IMG/VR virus record: IMGVR_UViG_3300025120_010521
Reading direction: 5' to 3' (one strand)
Source of the DNA: a virus
Taxonomy: Duplodnaviria > Caudoviricetes
DNA length: 64,000 nucleotides
Both the position numbers and the translations under genes were made by a program. Below the pieces are notes generated by a model that saw nothing but the letters and a program-made list of their open reading frames with translations, was not told where the DNA came from and made no database searches. Shown here piece by piece: positions 10,069 through 19,025 of the stretch; position 1 is the first letter of the stretch, and each line of letters opens with the position of its first letter.

Positions 10069-10183
10069 AATTCTTTATCACATTCTTGTTTCTTTTTATA
10101 ATTTTTTTCTTTTTAGCTTTAATTCTTTTAGCGGATGATTTAGAATTAGTTTTTCCTAGCAACCAGTCTATTATTTTTATCAT
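10037..10183 (-). CDS. Small highly basic protein, 48 aa (MIKIIDWLLGKTNSKSSAKRIKAKKKKIIKRNKNVIKNYVGRKPRSKK)
   Basis: Below ORF-track cutoff; SD AAGGAG and a consensus sigma70 promoter upstream. Confidence 0.65.
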   Translation of the reverse strand: MIKIIDWLLGKTNSKSSAKRIKAKKKKIIKRNKNVIKNYVGRKPRSKK

Positions 10184-10203
10184 AACTATACTCCTTATAA
10201 GTC

Positions 10204-10232
10204 ATTATAACAATTTAAACTGTAAATGTCAA
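10204..10232 (-). promoter_or_regulatory. Consensus sigma70 promoter TTGACA-N17-TATAAT
   Basis: Both boxes are perfect consensus with 17-nt spacing. Confidence 0.85.
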
Positions 10233-10562
10233 TTAATTATCTATAGTAGATTTGGCCGATTGTGATGCCATTTTTGATACTTTATTTGCTGTATCTTCTT
10301 TGTCACTAAACTTTGAATTAGTAGCTGGGTTGTCTAAAATAACTTTATCACCAGTAATTGATTTAATTTTTCCATTTTTAAGTAGATAATTTCGTAATGC
10401 AGTGGTGTCTACATTTGATCCTAGGCCTTTTATTTGTTTTTGAAAATCATCCAACTTTATTTCATCTACATTATTAGCTACCATCATAATTAAAACTGAA
10501 TTAATATCAGAATCTAATTGATTGATGTATTTGTCTTCGCCGATAACTTCTTGAATTTTCAT
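10233..10562 (-). CDS. Hypothetical protein, possible head-internal protein (MKIQEVIGE N-terminus)
   Basis: ORF track; CTS-like N-terminus. Confidence 0.6.
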   Translation of the reverse strand: MKIQEVIGEDKYINQLDSDINSVLIMMVANNVDEIKLDDFQKQIKGLGSNVDTTALRNYLLKNGKIKSITGDKVILDNPATNSKFSDKEDTANKVSKMASQSAKSTIDN

Positions 10563-10565
10563 TGG

Positions 10566-11474
10566 TTAAGCCTTTTTGGCTCTACCTAATGGATCTTCAT
10601 CTGGTCCACTTGCTGAATCATCGCCACCAGTTAAATCATCTGCTGGTGCTTCTAAATCATCTTCGCCGCCCATGTCAGTGTCAGTTTCCATGTCACCTAA
10701 ATCTGAATCTGCTGGTGCCATATCTGACTGTGCTGGTGCTTCGCCAGTTAAAACTAATACTTCGTTGTTAACTGCTTCTTTGGCTGTTTTAATTGATGCA
10801 AGTAGTGTTTCTAATTGTGATGCAACTGCTGTGTTGAATGATGATGCCTTGTCTGCGCCATATTGATATGACATTTGATCAACAACTGCACCTAATTCAT
10901 CATTTTGCATTTTGCCCATTTGTTCAACCATGTCTTGTAATTCATCAACAAGACTTTTTGCCGCAATAACTATTTCAGCTTTTTCAACTTCTTGCTCTAA
11001 TAGAGTTTTTAATGAGTTAAATTTTTCTTCAACTTTATCTTTTGGCTTGTTGCCTTGTTTTTTAGCAATTGCTTTTTGTAAGCCTGCTGGTAGTTTTTTC
11101 TGTTTATCAGTAAGTTCTTCTTTTACTTCTTTGCTTTTGCCCATAGCTTTTTTAATTGCTTTATCTTTAGCCGCCATGTAATCATCTGAATCAATATCAC
11201 CATCTTTATCATGATCTTTTTTGTTTGCTTCGATCATATTTTCAATAGCTTCTGCTAGTAATACATGCTTCATATATTTTGGATTTGTATTTGCTGTATT
11301 AAATGGTAAAGATGCTTCAAGCTCTTTTAATTTTGTCTTAAGATCTTTTTTAACATCATATAATTTTTTGATGTCGATCGTGTCATACACTTTGAACCCG
11401 TATAACGTGTCAAGTGTTTCGTTAATCTTTGCTAACTTTTCGTTAGCTGGTTTTTCAAACTCTGATATATTCAT
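10566..11474 (-). CDS. Acidic coiled-coil protein, probable prohead core/internal protein
   Basis: Late box 11497-11504 and SD AAGG; DHDKDGDIDSDDY motif; acidic C-terminus. Confidence 0.6.
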   Translation of the reverse strand: MNISEFEKPANEKLAKINETLDTLYGFKVYDTIDIKKLYDVKKDLKTKLKELEASLPFNTANTNPKYMKHVLLAEAIENMIEANKKDHDKDGDIDSDDYMAAKDKAIKKAMGKSKEVKEELTDKQKKLPAGLQKAIAKKQGNKPKDKVEEKFNSLKTLLEQEVEKAEIVIAAKSLVDELQDMVEQMGKMQNDELGAVVDQMSYQYGADKASSFNTAVASQLETLLASIKTAKEAVNNEVLVLTGEAPAQSDMAPADSDLGDMETDTDMGGEDDLEAPADDLTGGDDSASGPDEDPLGRAKKA

Positions 11475-11516
11475 AATGTTTCTACCTTACTTAACTTATT
11501 TATACTTTTCTTTATT

Positions 11517-12245
11517 TTATTCGGTATTTTTTCTAAACAGATCTGTAATTTTGCCCTTACATTTTAGTGCTAGATCACGATTTTTTTCAAATTCAAGCTG
11601 GTTTTTAGTTTCTCTTGCAATTTCGTCTGATTTTTTAGCGTCAAAATACATTTTTTTGTGATGTGATGCTGTATTTGAGTATTGTACGTAATCATTATAC
11701 ATTTCATGAAGCTCAATCATTCTATGATCTGTGTGTAAAACTTCATCATTTAAGTAATTTACTAAACAAAAAGCCATTTCGTATAGCTTAATATCTTTAG
11801 TTATAGTTTTTTCAGTACTTAAATTAATAATATCATATAGATATCTTTTTTTGAACGGGCATATCTTAATTAAATAATTTCCTACTTTTACGCCATGCTC
11901 TGTTTTTTCAGTAGTTAGTGCTTTTTTAAAACGTGGGTTTCCTGCACTAATTTCTACTACTTCTTTTAGTACTGATTTATCAAGTTTGTTTAAATTACTA
12001 ACCAAAGACTTTGCAGTGTTTAAATTTTTTTCTTTATTATCTATTACTTCTTTTTTAGATACTTTATCAAGTTTTTTTTCTACTGCATTTAAAAATTCGC
12101 TACTGCCTTTAACTGCTTCTCCCCATTTATTCATAATACACCAAAATCTATAGTGTTCTCTTAGGTCACGGGCAGTCATACCGTCAGTTAATTCATCAAC
12201 ATGTGCGGCGACTTCGTATCTTTGTTTTCTTTTCTGTCTAAACAT
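11517..12245 (-). CDS. Hypothetical protein
   Basis: 242-aa ORF preceded by TTGCAA-N17-TATAAT (12252-12280). Confidence 0.6.
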   Translation of the reverse strand: MFRQKRKQRYEVAAHVDELTDGMTARDLREHYRFWCIMNKWGEAVKGSSEFLNAVEKKLDKVSKKEVIDNKEKNLNTAKSLVSNLNKLDKSVLKEVVEISAGNPRFKKALTTEKTEHGVKVGNYLIKICPFKKRYLYDIINLSTEKTITKDIKLYEMAFCLVNYLNDEVLHTDHRMIELHEMYNDYVQYSNTASHHKKMYFDAKKSDEIARETKNQLEFEKNRDLALKCKGKITDLFRKNTE

Positions 12246-12260
12246 AAGTTTATTATACTA

Positions 12261-12761
12261 TTATTTTTTGTTTTTTGCAACTATATCTGCAAACTTTATT
12301 ATTTTAGCAAATTCTGGATCATTTTGCAACTTCTTTATTGACCCTGATATTTCTTTATCAACATCTTTTTGCATTTTGTCTGCTTGAGTAGATGCTGTTC
12401 CTTGTGTGTCTTGTGTAGATTGTGTAGGCTTTGTTTTTTCTGTATCTTGTGTTTTAATAGTTGTATTTCCTTGTGTGTTACCTGCAGAAGCAGTATTTTT
12501 TGCTACTGTTTTACTTGTATATTCATCAAGTAACGTTTTTACAACATCATCTAGCTGTTCATATCCAGATTGTAGTATTTCTTTTGCACTTTCTGGATCT
12601 TCTTCGTCAACAGCTTTTGCTAAACTCATATAATCTTTAAGACCTAATGGTTCTGTTAATGATTTAATAACACTTGTAGGCATGTGTACTAATTTACTAA
12701 CTTGATTAGTAAATGCTTTTGGATCATCAATTGTGTTTAATATATCGTCTTTTAAGCTCAT
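12261..12761 (-). CDS. Hypothetical protein with T/Q-rich linker
   Basis: ORF track; GTAAATA 5 nt before ATG. Confidence 0.6.
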   Translation of the reverse strand: MSLKDDILNTIDDPKAFTNQVSKLVHMPTSVIKSLTEPLGLKDYMSLAKAVDEEDPESAKEILQSGYEQLDDVVKTLLDEYTSKTVAKNTASAGNTQGNTTIKTQDTEKTKPTQSTQDTQGTASTQADKMQKDVDKEISGSIKKLQNDPEFAKIIKFADIVAKNKK

Positions 12762-12769
12762 GCTAATAT

Positions 12770-13066
12770 TTACCTTCTTCTTAAAGCCTTATTCATTGCC
12801 GCTACACGTCTAGAAGCTGGATTGAATCGTTTAGTTCTTAATGTTTTTCTAATAATTCGTTGACCCATTTTTGCTCTAGTTTTTTTAAGTGTAAATCTTT
12901 TTTTAATATCTAATGGTGCTGAACATACACTTGGGTTTGATACAATACGTCCTTTTTTTCTGCCAAAAGAACAACGATATTTTTTAACCACTTTATTTCC
13001 TTTGCGGCCAAAAATCAATCTTGATTCTGGTAAATCAGTTACGTTGTCAATTTCAGCAATAAACAT
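12770..13066 (-). CDS. Small basic protein, paralog of 61393..61743
   Basis: YRCSFGRKKGRIVSNPSVC..PLDIK aligns with FRCPTGPRKGRIVANPSTC..PLNIK. Confidence 0.7.
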   Translation of the reverse strand: MFIAEIDNVTDLPESRLIFGRKGNKVVKKYRCSFGRKKGRIVSNPSVCSAPLDIKKRFTLKKTRAKMGQRIIRKTLRTKRFNPASRRVAAMNKALRRR

Positions 13067-13067
13067 T

Positions 13068-13328
13068 TTACGATGCCCTGTAAACTATTGTGAATAATGT
13101 TGTTAATAATGTAAGAAATAATGTACCCATTGACCAAATAATAATTCTTTCAATTTTAGTAAATTGTTTTTCAGTATTTTCTTCCATTCTATCCATACGT
13201 ATATCAACTTTATCAAATCTTTTTTGTATTTCTTCATGTCTTTCATGAGATACAACAACATGTGTTTCTAAACTTTGTGTCTCTAAACTTGCTAAATCTT
13301 TTGGTACTCTTTGTGGCTTGTTATCCAT
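13068..13328 (-). CDS. Coiled coil plus C-terminal TM helix (XhlA/holin-like)
   Basis: RFDKVDIRMDRME heptads followed by IIIWSMGTLFLTLLTTLFTIVY. Confidence 0.5.
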   Translation of the reverse strand: MDNKPQRVPKDLASLETQSLETHVVVSHERHEEIQKRFDKVDIRMDRMEENTEKQFTKIERIIIWSMGTLFLTLLTTLFTIVYRAS

Positions 13329-13329
13329 T

Positions 13330-13734
13330 TTATAATGTCTCCGACTGTGTAAATTCTAAATTAATCGACCCTGTTGTTGCCAACGTACCACCGTTTAACA
13401 CAACTCCATCCATAGAAGCTTCTAATCTGCCTAATGGATTTACACCTTGTGCAAAAACATCAGGGTGTTCAACAGCAAATTTAAAAATATAGCCATTGCC
13501 TGTTAGTGTTGGTGCACCATTGGCATTTAAATCAGCAACATTTACAGGATCATTTGAAATAATTACCTGTGAAAACATTGCAATCATTTGAACTATTGCA
13601 TCAAAGTCTTTTTGTGTAGCATCTGCATAGCTACCAGTTTGTGAAATATCAACTGTTGTATACATAATATAAAACTGTAGGTTACTACTAATAAATTCGC
13701 CACCTCTTGCTGATCCATTAATTCTTACTGTCAT
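13330..13734 (-). CDS. Putative virion structural protein
   Basis: 134-aa G/A/T/N-rich ORF within a late cluster. Confidence 0.45.
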   Translation of the reverse strand: MTVRINGSARGGEFISSNLQFYIMYTTVDISQTGSYADATQKDFDAIVQMIAMFSQVIISNDPVNVADLNANGAPTLTGNGYIFKFAVEHPDVFAQGVNPLGRLEASMDGVVLNGGTLATTGSINLEFTQSETL

Positions 13735-15716
13735 TATTTTTTCTTCCTTAAATCAAAGTTTTTCATTTTATCTGCGTAAGATGGACCTTTACCTCTTCCT
13801 AATTTATATCCAATATATGCTCCTGCTAACGCCGCCCCAGTTGCCATTGCTTTTGATGTTTTTACTTTTTCGCCATCAACATAATCACGTTCACGTGATA
13901 GTTTTTGTAAGTACGACATCATTGACGACTTAGGTGCGTTTGCTCTAAAGTAGTTATATAAACTTGAAACTAAAGTTCTTTTTTCTCTTGTTTTTAAATT
14001 TTCCCAATCACCTGCTAATCTTTTCATTGATCTTAATTTACTATCATTAACAAATAACATTGACTGCAATTGCATTAGCATTCTTTTTTCTGCATCTGCA
14101 TTTGCTCCAGATGATGCAATGTGATTTAAAAATGTTTTAATCTGTGTCATATTAGGACGCATTCTTTTTAATAATATTTCACTATTCTTTTCATCTGCAA
14201 ATTTTGTAATTGATCCTTTACCAAATAAGGCGTGTAACATTACGTACAAATCTGTACCATTTGATCTAAAGTAATCAAAGTTGCCATAGCTAATAGTTCT
14301 ATTTGCATAGGTACTTGCTACAGAAGAATATTTAAATTCTCTATTTAAAACTTGAAGTGCAATCATATGTGCAAAAGCATTATCAGCCATATCACGTGCT
14401 GAGTAATCAGATACTCCGTGACGAGATCTAAACATTCTTGCTTCTGTCATTAAATCATTTACAAAATCTAAATTTATTGTTTCGCTTTTCATAAAATTTT
14501 TCCTACTAAAGTCTAATCTATCTACAACTTTTACTGCACTACCAATATGATCAATTGCAACAAATCCTTCTGGATCTCTAACTTTTAGCTCTCCTTCTAC
14601 TTCTTCAAAACTATCAATTGCTTTAATGTTTGATAGTTTCTTGTATAAGACGTCTTTTATAGCACCTAATTTAAGCCACAGTGCGTAAAAACTCATCATA
14701 TTACTCTTATTAGTATTTAAGTAATTTAAGCCAATTTGTAGTGCATTTAGACGTCTTTGTCCTGCAGGGCCATCACGTCCTGTTTTTAATGATGTTATTT
14801 TTTCTTCTGCTCTACGTGTGTAGTCTTGTACAAATTGATTGTAAAACTGTTGAGGATCTTGTTGTATAGAATTCTGTTTTATATTTGTATTCATATTTGC
14901 CGCAATGTTTATTTTTAAATCATTGCCTGCATCTGAGCCATCTAAAAATTCAAAAGCATTACCAATTGTTCCTAAATATTTTTGGGCGTCAGCAATTGCT
15001 GAATCAACTGCTTCTGATTCTTGTGCCGTCATAGTTGCCATTCCTGAAAAATCTTTTATATATGCATCATCAAACCAAACATCTGCAGTTTCATTTAATT
15101 CAGATAAGTCAACTTTAAATGATGCTGACATTTTATCTAAACTTTCACCATCGTATGACGTATGGAAAACAATACCAACTTTTGCAGATTTCATTTTTTG
15201 TGCTAGTTGTGAATCGCTTGGTACTGCGTATGTAATTGTATTTGGTCTAAATGTAATGTATGATTTGCCTTCAAATGATCTTTCTTGTAAATCACCTTGT
15301 GTAAACATTAAGTCACCTTGAAGTACATTTTGTATATTTAATTTTGATAAATGTTGTAATACTGTATTAAGTTTTTGACGTAATCCGCTTTTATCGTTAT
15401 CGCCTGCATCTGCATGATTTTGTTGAATATCATTTGCTGACTTATTTAATTTTGGGGACTTTGCAAAAACACCTTTAGTGCCTACAAAAAATTTGCCGTC
15501 GCTTGGATCACGTCCGCAAACTATTGCAGGAGACCCATCCCATTTTGTAGTAACATTAAATTTTTTTGGTGAATGACCTTTTACTATTGTTGATAAGTTT
15601 TTTAAAAAACGTATGGCTTCTACAGCACCTTTTTTACCTTTGAATAAAGATAAATCTTCAAGATGTGTTAAGTGTGTGTTTACGTCTTCTGTAATATTAA
15701 GTTCTGTCAGGTTCAT
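13734..15716 (-). CDS. Ligase/nucleotidyltransferase-fold protein (KxDG) with an extra C-terminal domain; DUF6267-like
   Basis: NTHLTHLEDL start; motif I TTKWDGSPAI, LQGDLMF, PEGFVA, VKVVDR. Confidence 0.65.
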   Translation of the reverse strand: MNLTELNITEDVNTHLTHLEDLSLFKGKKGAVEAIRFLKNLSTIVKGHSPKKFNVTTKWDGSPAIVCGRDPSDGKFFVGTKGVFAKSPKLNKSANDIQQNHADAGDNDKSGLRQKLNTVLQHLSKLNIQNVLQGDLMFTQGDLQERSFEGKSYITFRPNTITYAVPSDSQLAQKMKSAKVGIVFHTSYDGESLDKMSASFKVDLSELNETADVWFDDAYIKDFSGMATMTAQESEAVDSAIADAQKYLGTIGNAFEFLDGSDAGNDLKINIAANMNTNIKQNSIQQDPQQFYNQFVQDYTRRAEEKITSLKTGRDGPAGQRRLNALQIGLNYLNTNKSNMMSFYALWLKLGAIKDVLYKKLSNIKAIDSFEEVEGELKVRDPEGFVAIDHIGSAVKVVDRLDFSRKNFMKSETINLDFVNDLMTEARMFRSRHGVSDYSARDMADNAFAHMIALQVLNREFKYSSVASTYANRTISYGNFDYFRSNGTDLYVMLHALFGKGSITKFADEKNSEILLKRMRPNMTQIKTFLNHIASSGANADAEKRMLMQLQSMLFVNDSKLRSMKRLAGDWENLKTREKRTLVSSLYNYFRANAPKSSMMSYLQKLSRERDYVDGEKVKTSKAMATGAALAGAYIGYKLGRGKGPSYADKMKNFDLRKKK

Positions 15717-15960
15717 CTTTGCTGTTCACTTTTCTTATGCCACGCTCAAATTTTGCAGGATCTGAACTCTTAATGCTGTTAATTAATCGTCTAGATAATT
15801 CACCAGCAGTGTTTTCATCATAAGATTCGTACAGCATGTCAATTAGATTTAGAGCAGATGATATTACGTGACTAGCACGTGACTCAATTAGTGCTTCTCT
15901 ATTGTCTTGAGGGACTGCCTGAGAAATTTCTTCTAATATGGATTTAGTGTGTCTTTTCAT
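15697..15960 (-). CDS. Conserved-looking helical hypothetical protein (start probably ATG 15960)
   Basis: ORF track 15697..15969; TATAAATA at 15991-15998. Confidence 0.6.
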   Translation of the reverse strand: MKRHTKSILEEISQAVPQDNREALIESRASHVISSALNLIDMLYESYDENTAGELSRRLINSIKSSDPAKFERGIRKVNSKDEPDRT

Positions 15961-16025
15961 GATCATCAACTCTTTACTTTCCTATACACTTATTTATACT
16001 AAAAAGAAGCCTATATAAACTCATA

Positions 16026-17450
16026 CTATAGGTCGCTTTCGCTAGAATATTGATGTCGTTTTGATTTTAGTATACTACGTAGGTTTGCTACTTGTTCAAC
16101 CTTTTCAGCCACCTGTGCGCCTTGATTTTCAGGTTTTTTAGGTGTTATTGTGCTAGTTCTTTTCTTTATACTAGTTGCCATATTAGATGTAGTCATATTG
16201 TCATCTTCAGCTAGTTGTTCTTCTGTTAAGTCTGTAATTCTTAAGGTATCTATATTAAATGCCAAGTTAATTTTAGTTCCAACACCACCACTTGATCTTG
16301 TTTTCATAAGTTGGATCAGATATCTTCCACGTTCACGCATAGCTCTACTTGTTTGAATACCTATGACATTATCTGCTGTTTGTATTTTACTCAAACCACC
16401 TGCAATATGCGAATGATCAAACTCTGTTTCTTCAACACTAGCTCTGTTTAACTGAGATGCTGTGGCTAGTACAATCTGTTGTTCAACTGCTAAATTACGC
16501 AATTCTTCAGATACATATTTGTCTTTGATAAACAAATCACTTGGCGAAACTCTTTTTGATATTGGCATTAACAAGTCTAAATAGTCAACACAGATACAAT
16601 CTGGTTTAGTGCCTGTCTGCACTTCATATTCTTTTAAGTAACTACGTAAATCATTTACTGTTGCACCACTACTCATATACTTTAATTGAAACTTACCAGA
16701 CTTTTGACCTTGCATTCTAACCATCAAGTCAATGTCATCAATTTTTTTAAATATTTCATTTGTTGATACACCTGTTGACATACTGTCAACTCTCATAGAA
16801 CTTAATTCTTCACTTAATTCAAATGTAAAATAGATTACATTCATTCCAACGTTTGCCCAGTTCAATGCAACGTTTTGTAAAAATAAACTTTTACCTGCAC
16901 CAGACTGTCCTGCAAAAATATTTAATTCACCTTTGTTAAATCCACCATATAGTTTTTGATCCAATGCTGACCATCCTGTACTCACTGTTCCATTGTTATC
17001 TTTAAGTGCTAACAATCTTGCTTTAGGATCAATAAAATAATCTGTACCTAAATCTTTTGTAAGTCCAATTCTTACTGCGTGTTTAATTTTCTCTTCTACT
17101 TGGCCATAATCGCCTTTTTCTAATAAATCAGCTGACTCTATAATTGCAAGTTCTAATGCCTTGTGCCTACAAAATGTTTCAAATTCATCAAAGAACCAAT
17201 TTTTATGTCTTTCATCTATTTCAACTTTTTTAAGTTCTACTCCACAAGTTGCTTTTATCTGTTCTATAGTTGGCAGTGAATTATATTGTTCTGAATGCTC
17301 TTGCATAAACTTAACAGCACTAGCTAGTTTACGTGAAAAGTATTCTACCTTAACAATATTTTTTACTCTGACAAACAGTTCAGGATCTGTAACAGAAAAC
17401 TCTAAAAATAGTTTCTGTAGCTCTTCGTTATAATCTTTTAAATCATTCAT
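16026..17450 (-). CDS. gp41: Replicative DnaB-like helicase (T4 gp41-like)
   Basis: Walker A AGQSGAGKS, TFELSE, CVDYLDL, TASQLNR, KTRSS. Confidence 0.93.
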   Translation of the reverse strand: MNDLKDYNEELQKLFLEFSVTDPELFVRVKNIVKVEYFSRKLASAVKFMQEHSEQYNSLPTIEQIKATCGVELKKVEIDERHKNWFFDEFETFCRHKALELAIIESADLLEKGDYGQVEEKIKHAVRIGLTKDLGTDYFIDPKARLLALKDNNGTVSTGWSALDQKLYGGFNKGELNIFAGQSGAGKSLFLQNVALNWANVGMNVIYFTFELSEELSSMRVDSMSTGVSTNEIFKKIDDIDLMVRMQGQKSGKFQLKYMSSGATVNDLRSYLKEYEVQTGTKPDCICVDYLDLLMPISKRVSPSDLFIKDKYVSEELRNLAVEQQIVLATASQLNRASVEETEFDHSHIAGGLSKIQTADNVIGIQTSRAMRERGRYLIQLMKTRSSGGVGTKINLAFNIDTLRITDLTEEQLAEDDNMTTSNMATSIKKRTSTITPKKPENQGAQVAEKVEQVANLRSILKSKRHQYSSESDL

Positions 17451-17457
17451 TATGTTT

Positions 17458-17486
17458 ACTATACAATATTAATTTTCATTTCGCAA
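17458..17486 (-). promoter_or_regulatory. sigma70 promoter TTGCGA-N17-TATAGT, 7 nt before helicase ATG
   Basis: Read directly; no SD between the box and ATG. Confidence 0.6.
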
Positions 17487-18086
17487 GTGTTTCCAGCTGT
17501 AAGGAAACTCCTCATTACAGAATTCGTCAATTGAATCTGCTATTTCTCTTGTTTCTTTTTGAGTATCTTCAGCACATCTTAATTCACACACTCTGGCAAA
17601 TGCATATAATGTTCCACTCCAATACCACTCTGTCATCATATTCTGTGGCAATACCATTCTTGCTAATTCAGGGGCAATGCCTTTGGCCAGCATATCGTTG
17701 TAGGTTGTATTAGCATTTTTTATTGTATTAGCGATATTGTACTCAATTGTTTCACTGCTACTACCTTGTTTTTTATCTTCAGCTCGTAATCTCCAATTAG
17801 TAGGCATATAGTATTCTGGTTCATAATCAACATAACGTCTGCTGATTTCGTTCCAACTTAAACCCACTTGGTGTTTAACTAATTGCCTTGCAACAAAGAT
17901 TGGTGCTTTAATTCTAAACTGTACACTACAATGTGCAAACGGAGACCAATGATTGTGTTTTGCTAAAAATGATATTAACTTTTCATCTGATGCTTCAAAC
18001 ACTTCTTTGTTTTTTCCAAAGCTCACTCTTGCGGCATTTACTACAGTTAGGTCTGAACCCATTTTATCAATTAACGTAACTTCCAC
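17469..18086 (-). CDS. thyX: Flavin-dependent thymidylate synthase
   Basis: VVNAARVSF, HWSPF, RQLVKHQVGLSWNEISRRY, ARMVLPQ. Confidence 0.96.
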   Translation of the reverse strand: MEVTLIDKMGSDLTVVNAARVSFGKNKEVFEASDEKLISFLAKHNHWSPFAHCSVQFRIKAPIFVARQLVKHQVGLSWNEISRRYVDYEPEYYMPTNWRLRAEDKKQGSSSETIEYNIANTIKNANTTYNDMLAKGIAPELARMVLPQNMMTEWYWSGTLYAFARVCELRCAEDTQKETREIADSIDEFCNEEFPYSWKHLRNEN

Positions 18087-18400
18087 TAATTTATACCTAA
18101 CACTTTTTGCAATTCGCCATCTTGATACATTTCTTTTATGATATCACAACCGCCAATAAATTCTCCATTAACATAAAGTTGTGGTATAGTTGGCCAATCA
18201 CTGAAAACTTTAATACCTTCTCTAAGATTTTGATCCGCTAATACATCTACACCTGCAAACTCAACTTTTAAACCTTTTAGTATATTTGCAACTGCCATAG
18301 AAAATCCACATTGCGGTGCATCTGGTGTGCCTTTCATAAACAAGCATATATTGTTTTTTTCAATATTGTTTTGTATAAAGTTTTTAGTTTCTTCATTCAT
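18086..18400 (-). CDS. grxD: Monothiol glutaredoxin Grx4
   Basis: LFMKGTP..PQCGFS, WPTIPQLY, GGCDI. Confidence 0.96.
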   Translation of the reverse strand: MNEETKNFIQNNIEKNNICLFMKGTPDAPQCGFSMAVANILKGLKVEFAGVDVLADQNLREGIKVFSDWPTIPQLYVNGEFIGGCDIIKEMYQDGELQKVLGIN

Positions 18401-18411
18401 ACTAGTACTCC

Positions 18412-19017
18412 TTAATAAGTTGAAACAATTTTATCTGCAATACCGTACTTAACTGCTTCTTTGGCACTTAACCAAACATCTTCAGCAGGTAATAGTATTT
18501 CTCTAATTTTCTTTTCGCTTAAACCAGTACACTTTTTATAATGATCTATCATCCTTGCTGTACTTAATTCAAACTCTTTTACTCTTGCAAATAGTTCGTG
18601 TTCTTTACCTACACTGCCCCAACTGTATTGATGTGATAGTATAGATGTGTTTGGTGTAATAACCCTACGACCTTTTGTACCACTCATAAATGTTAATAGT
18701 CCACATGATGCAATCATACCAAGTCCTACTGTTTTCACAGGAATTGCTGATCCTTTCATTGTGTCTATCAATGCAAATGCTGAATGTACTTGTCCACCCG
18801 GCGAATTAATTACCAATGTTAATTCTTTTGGTCTTGATGAATCTGGTAATAGATTTTTTTCTATTATTGCTTGTATAACTGGTTTAGTTGTATTGCTATC
18901 AAACCCATCACTAAAATACATAATACCAGCTTCCCACATTAACATTCCTGGTTGTAATGGTGGTTGTTTTGGATCTGGTCCTGATTTTTTCTTATTGTCT
19001 TTTTCTAAATTAGCCAT
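18412..19017 (-). CDS. clpP: ClpP protease proteolytic subunit
   Basis: INSPGG, GMIASCG (catalytic Ser), ILSHQ (His), EDVWLSAKEAVKYGIAD. Confidence 0.92.
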   Translation of the reverse strand: MANLEKDNKKKSGPDPKQPPLQPGMLMWEAGIMYFSDGFDSNTTKPVIQAIIEKNLLPDSSRPKELTLVINSPGGQVHSAFALIDTMKGSAIPVKTVGLGMIASCGLLTFMSGTKGRRVITPNTSILSHQYSWGSVGKEHELFARVKEFELSTARMIDHYKKCTGLSEKKIREILLPAEDVWLSAKEAVKYGIADKIVSTY

Positions 19018-19025
19018 TTTTTCTC

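Noticed and set aside
10562-11661. Several plus-strand ORFs (e.g. 10576..10866, 10912..11181, 11221..11661) and similar ones elsewhere
   Set aside because: Ser/Leu/Phe-rich antisense shadows of well-supported minus-strand genes; no RBS or motifs
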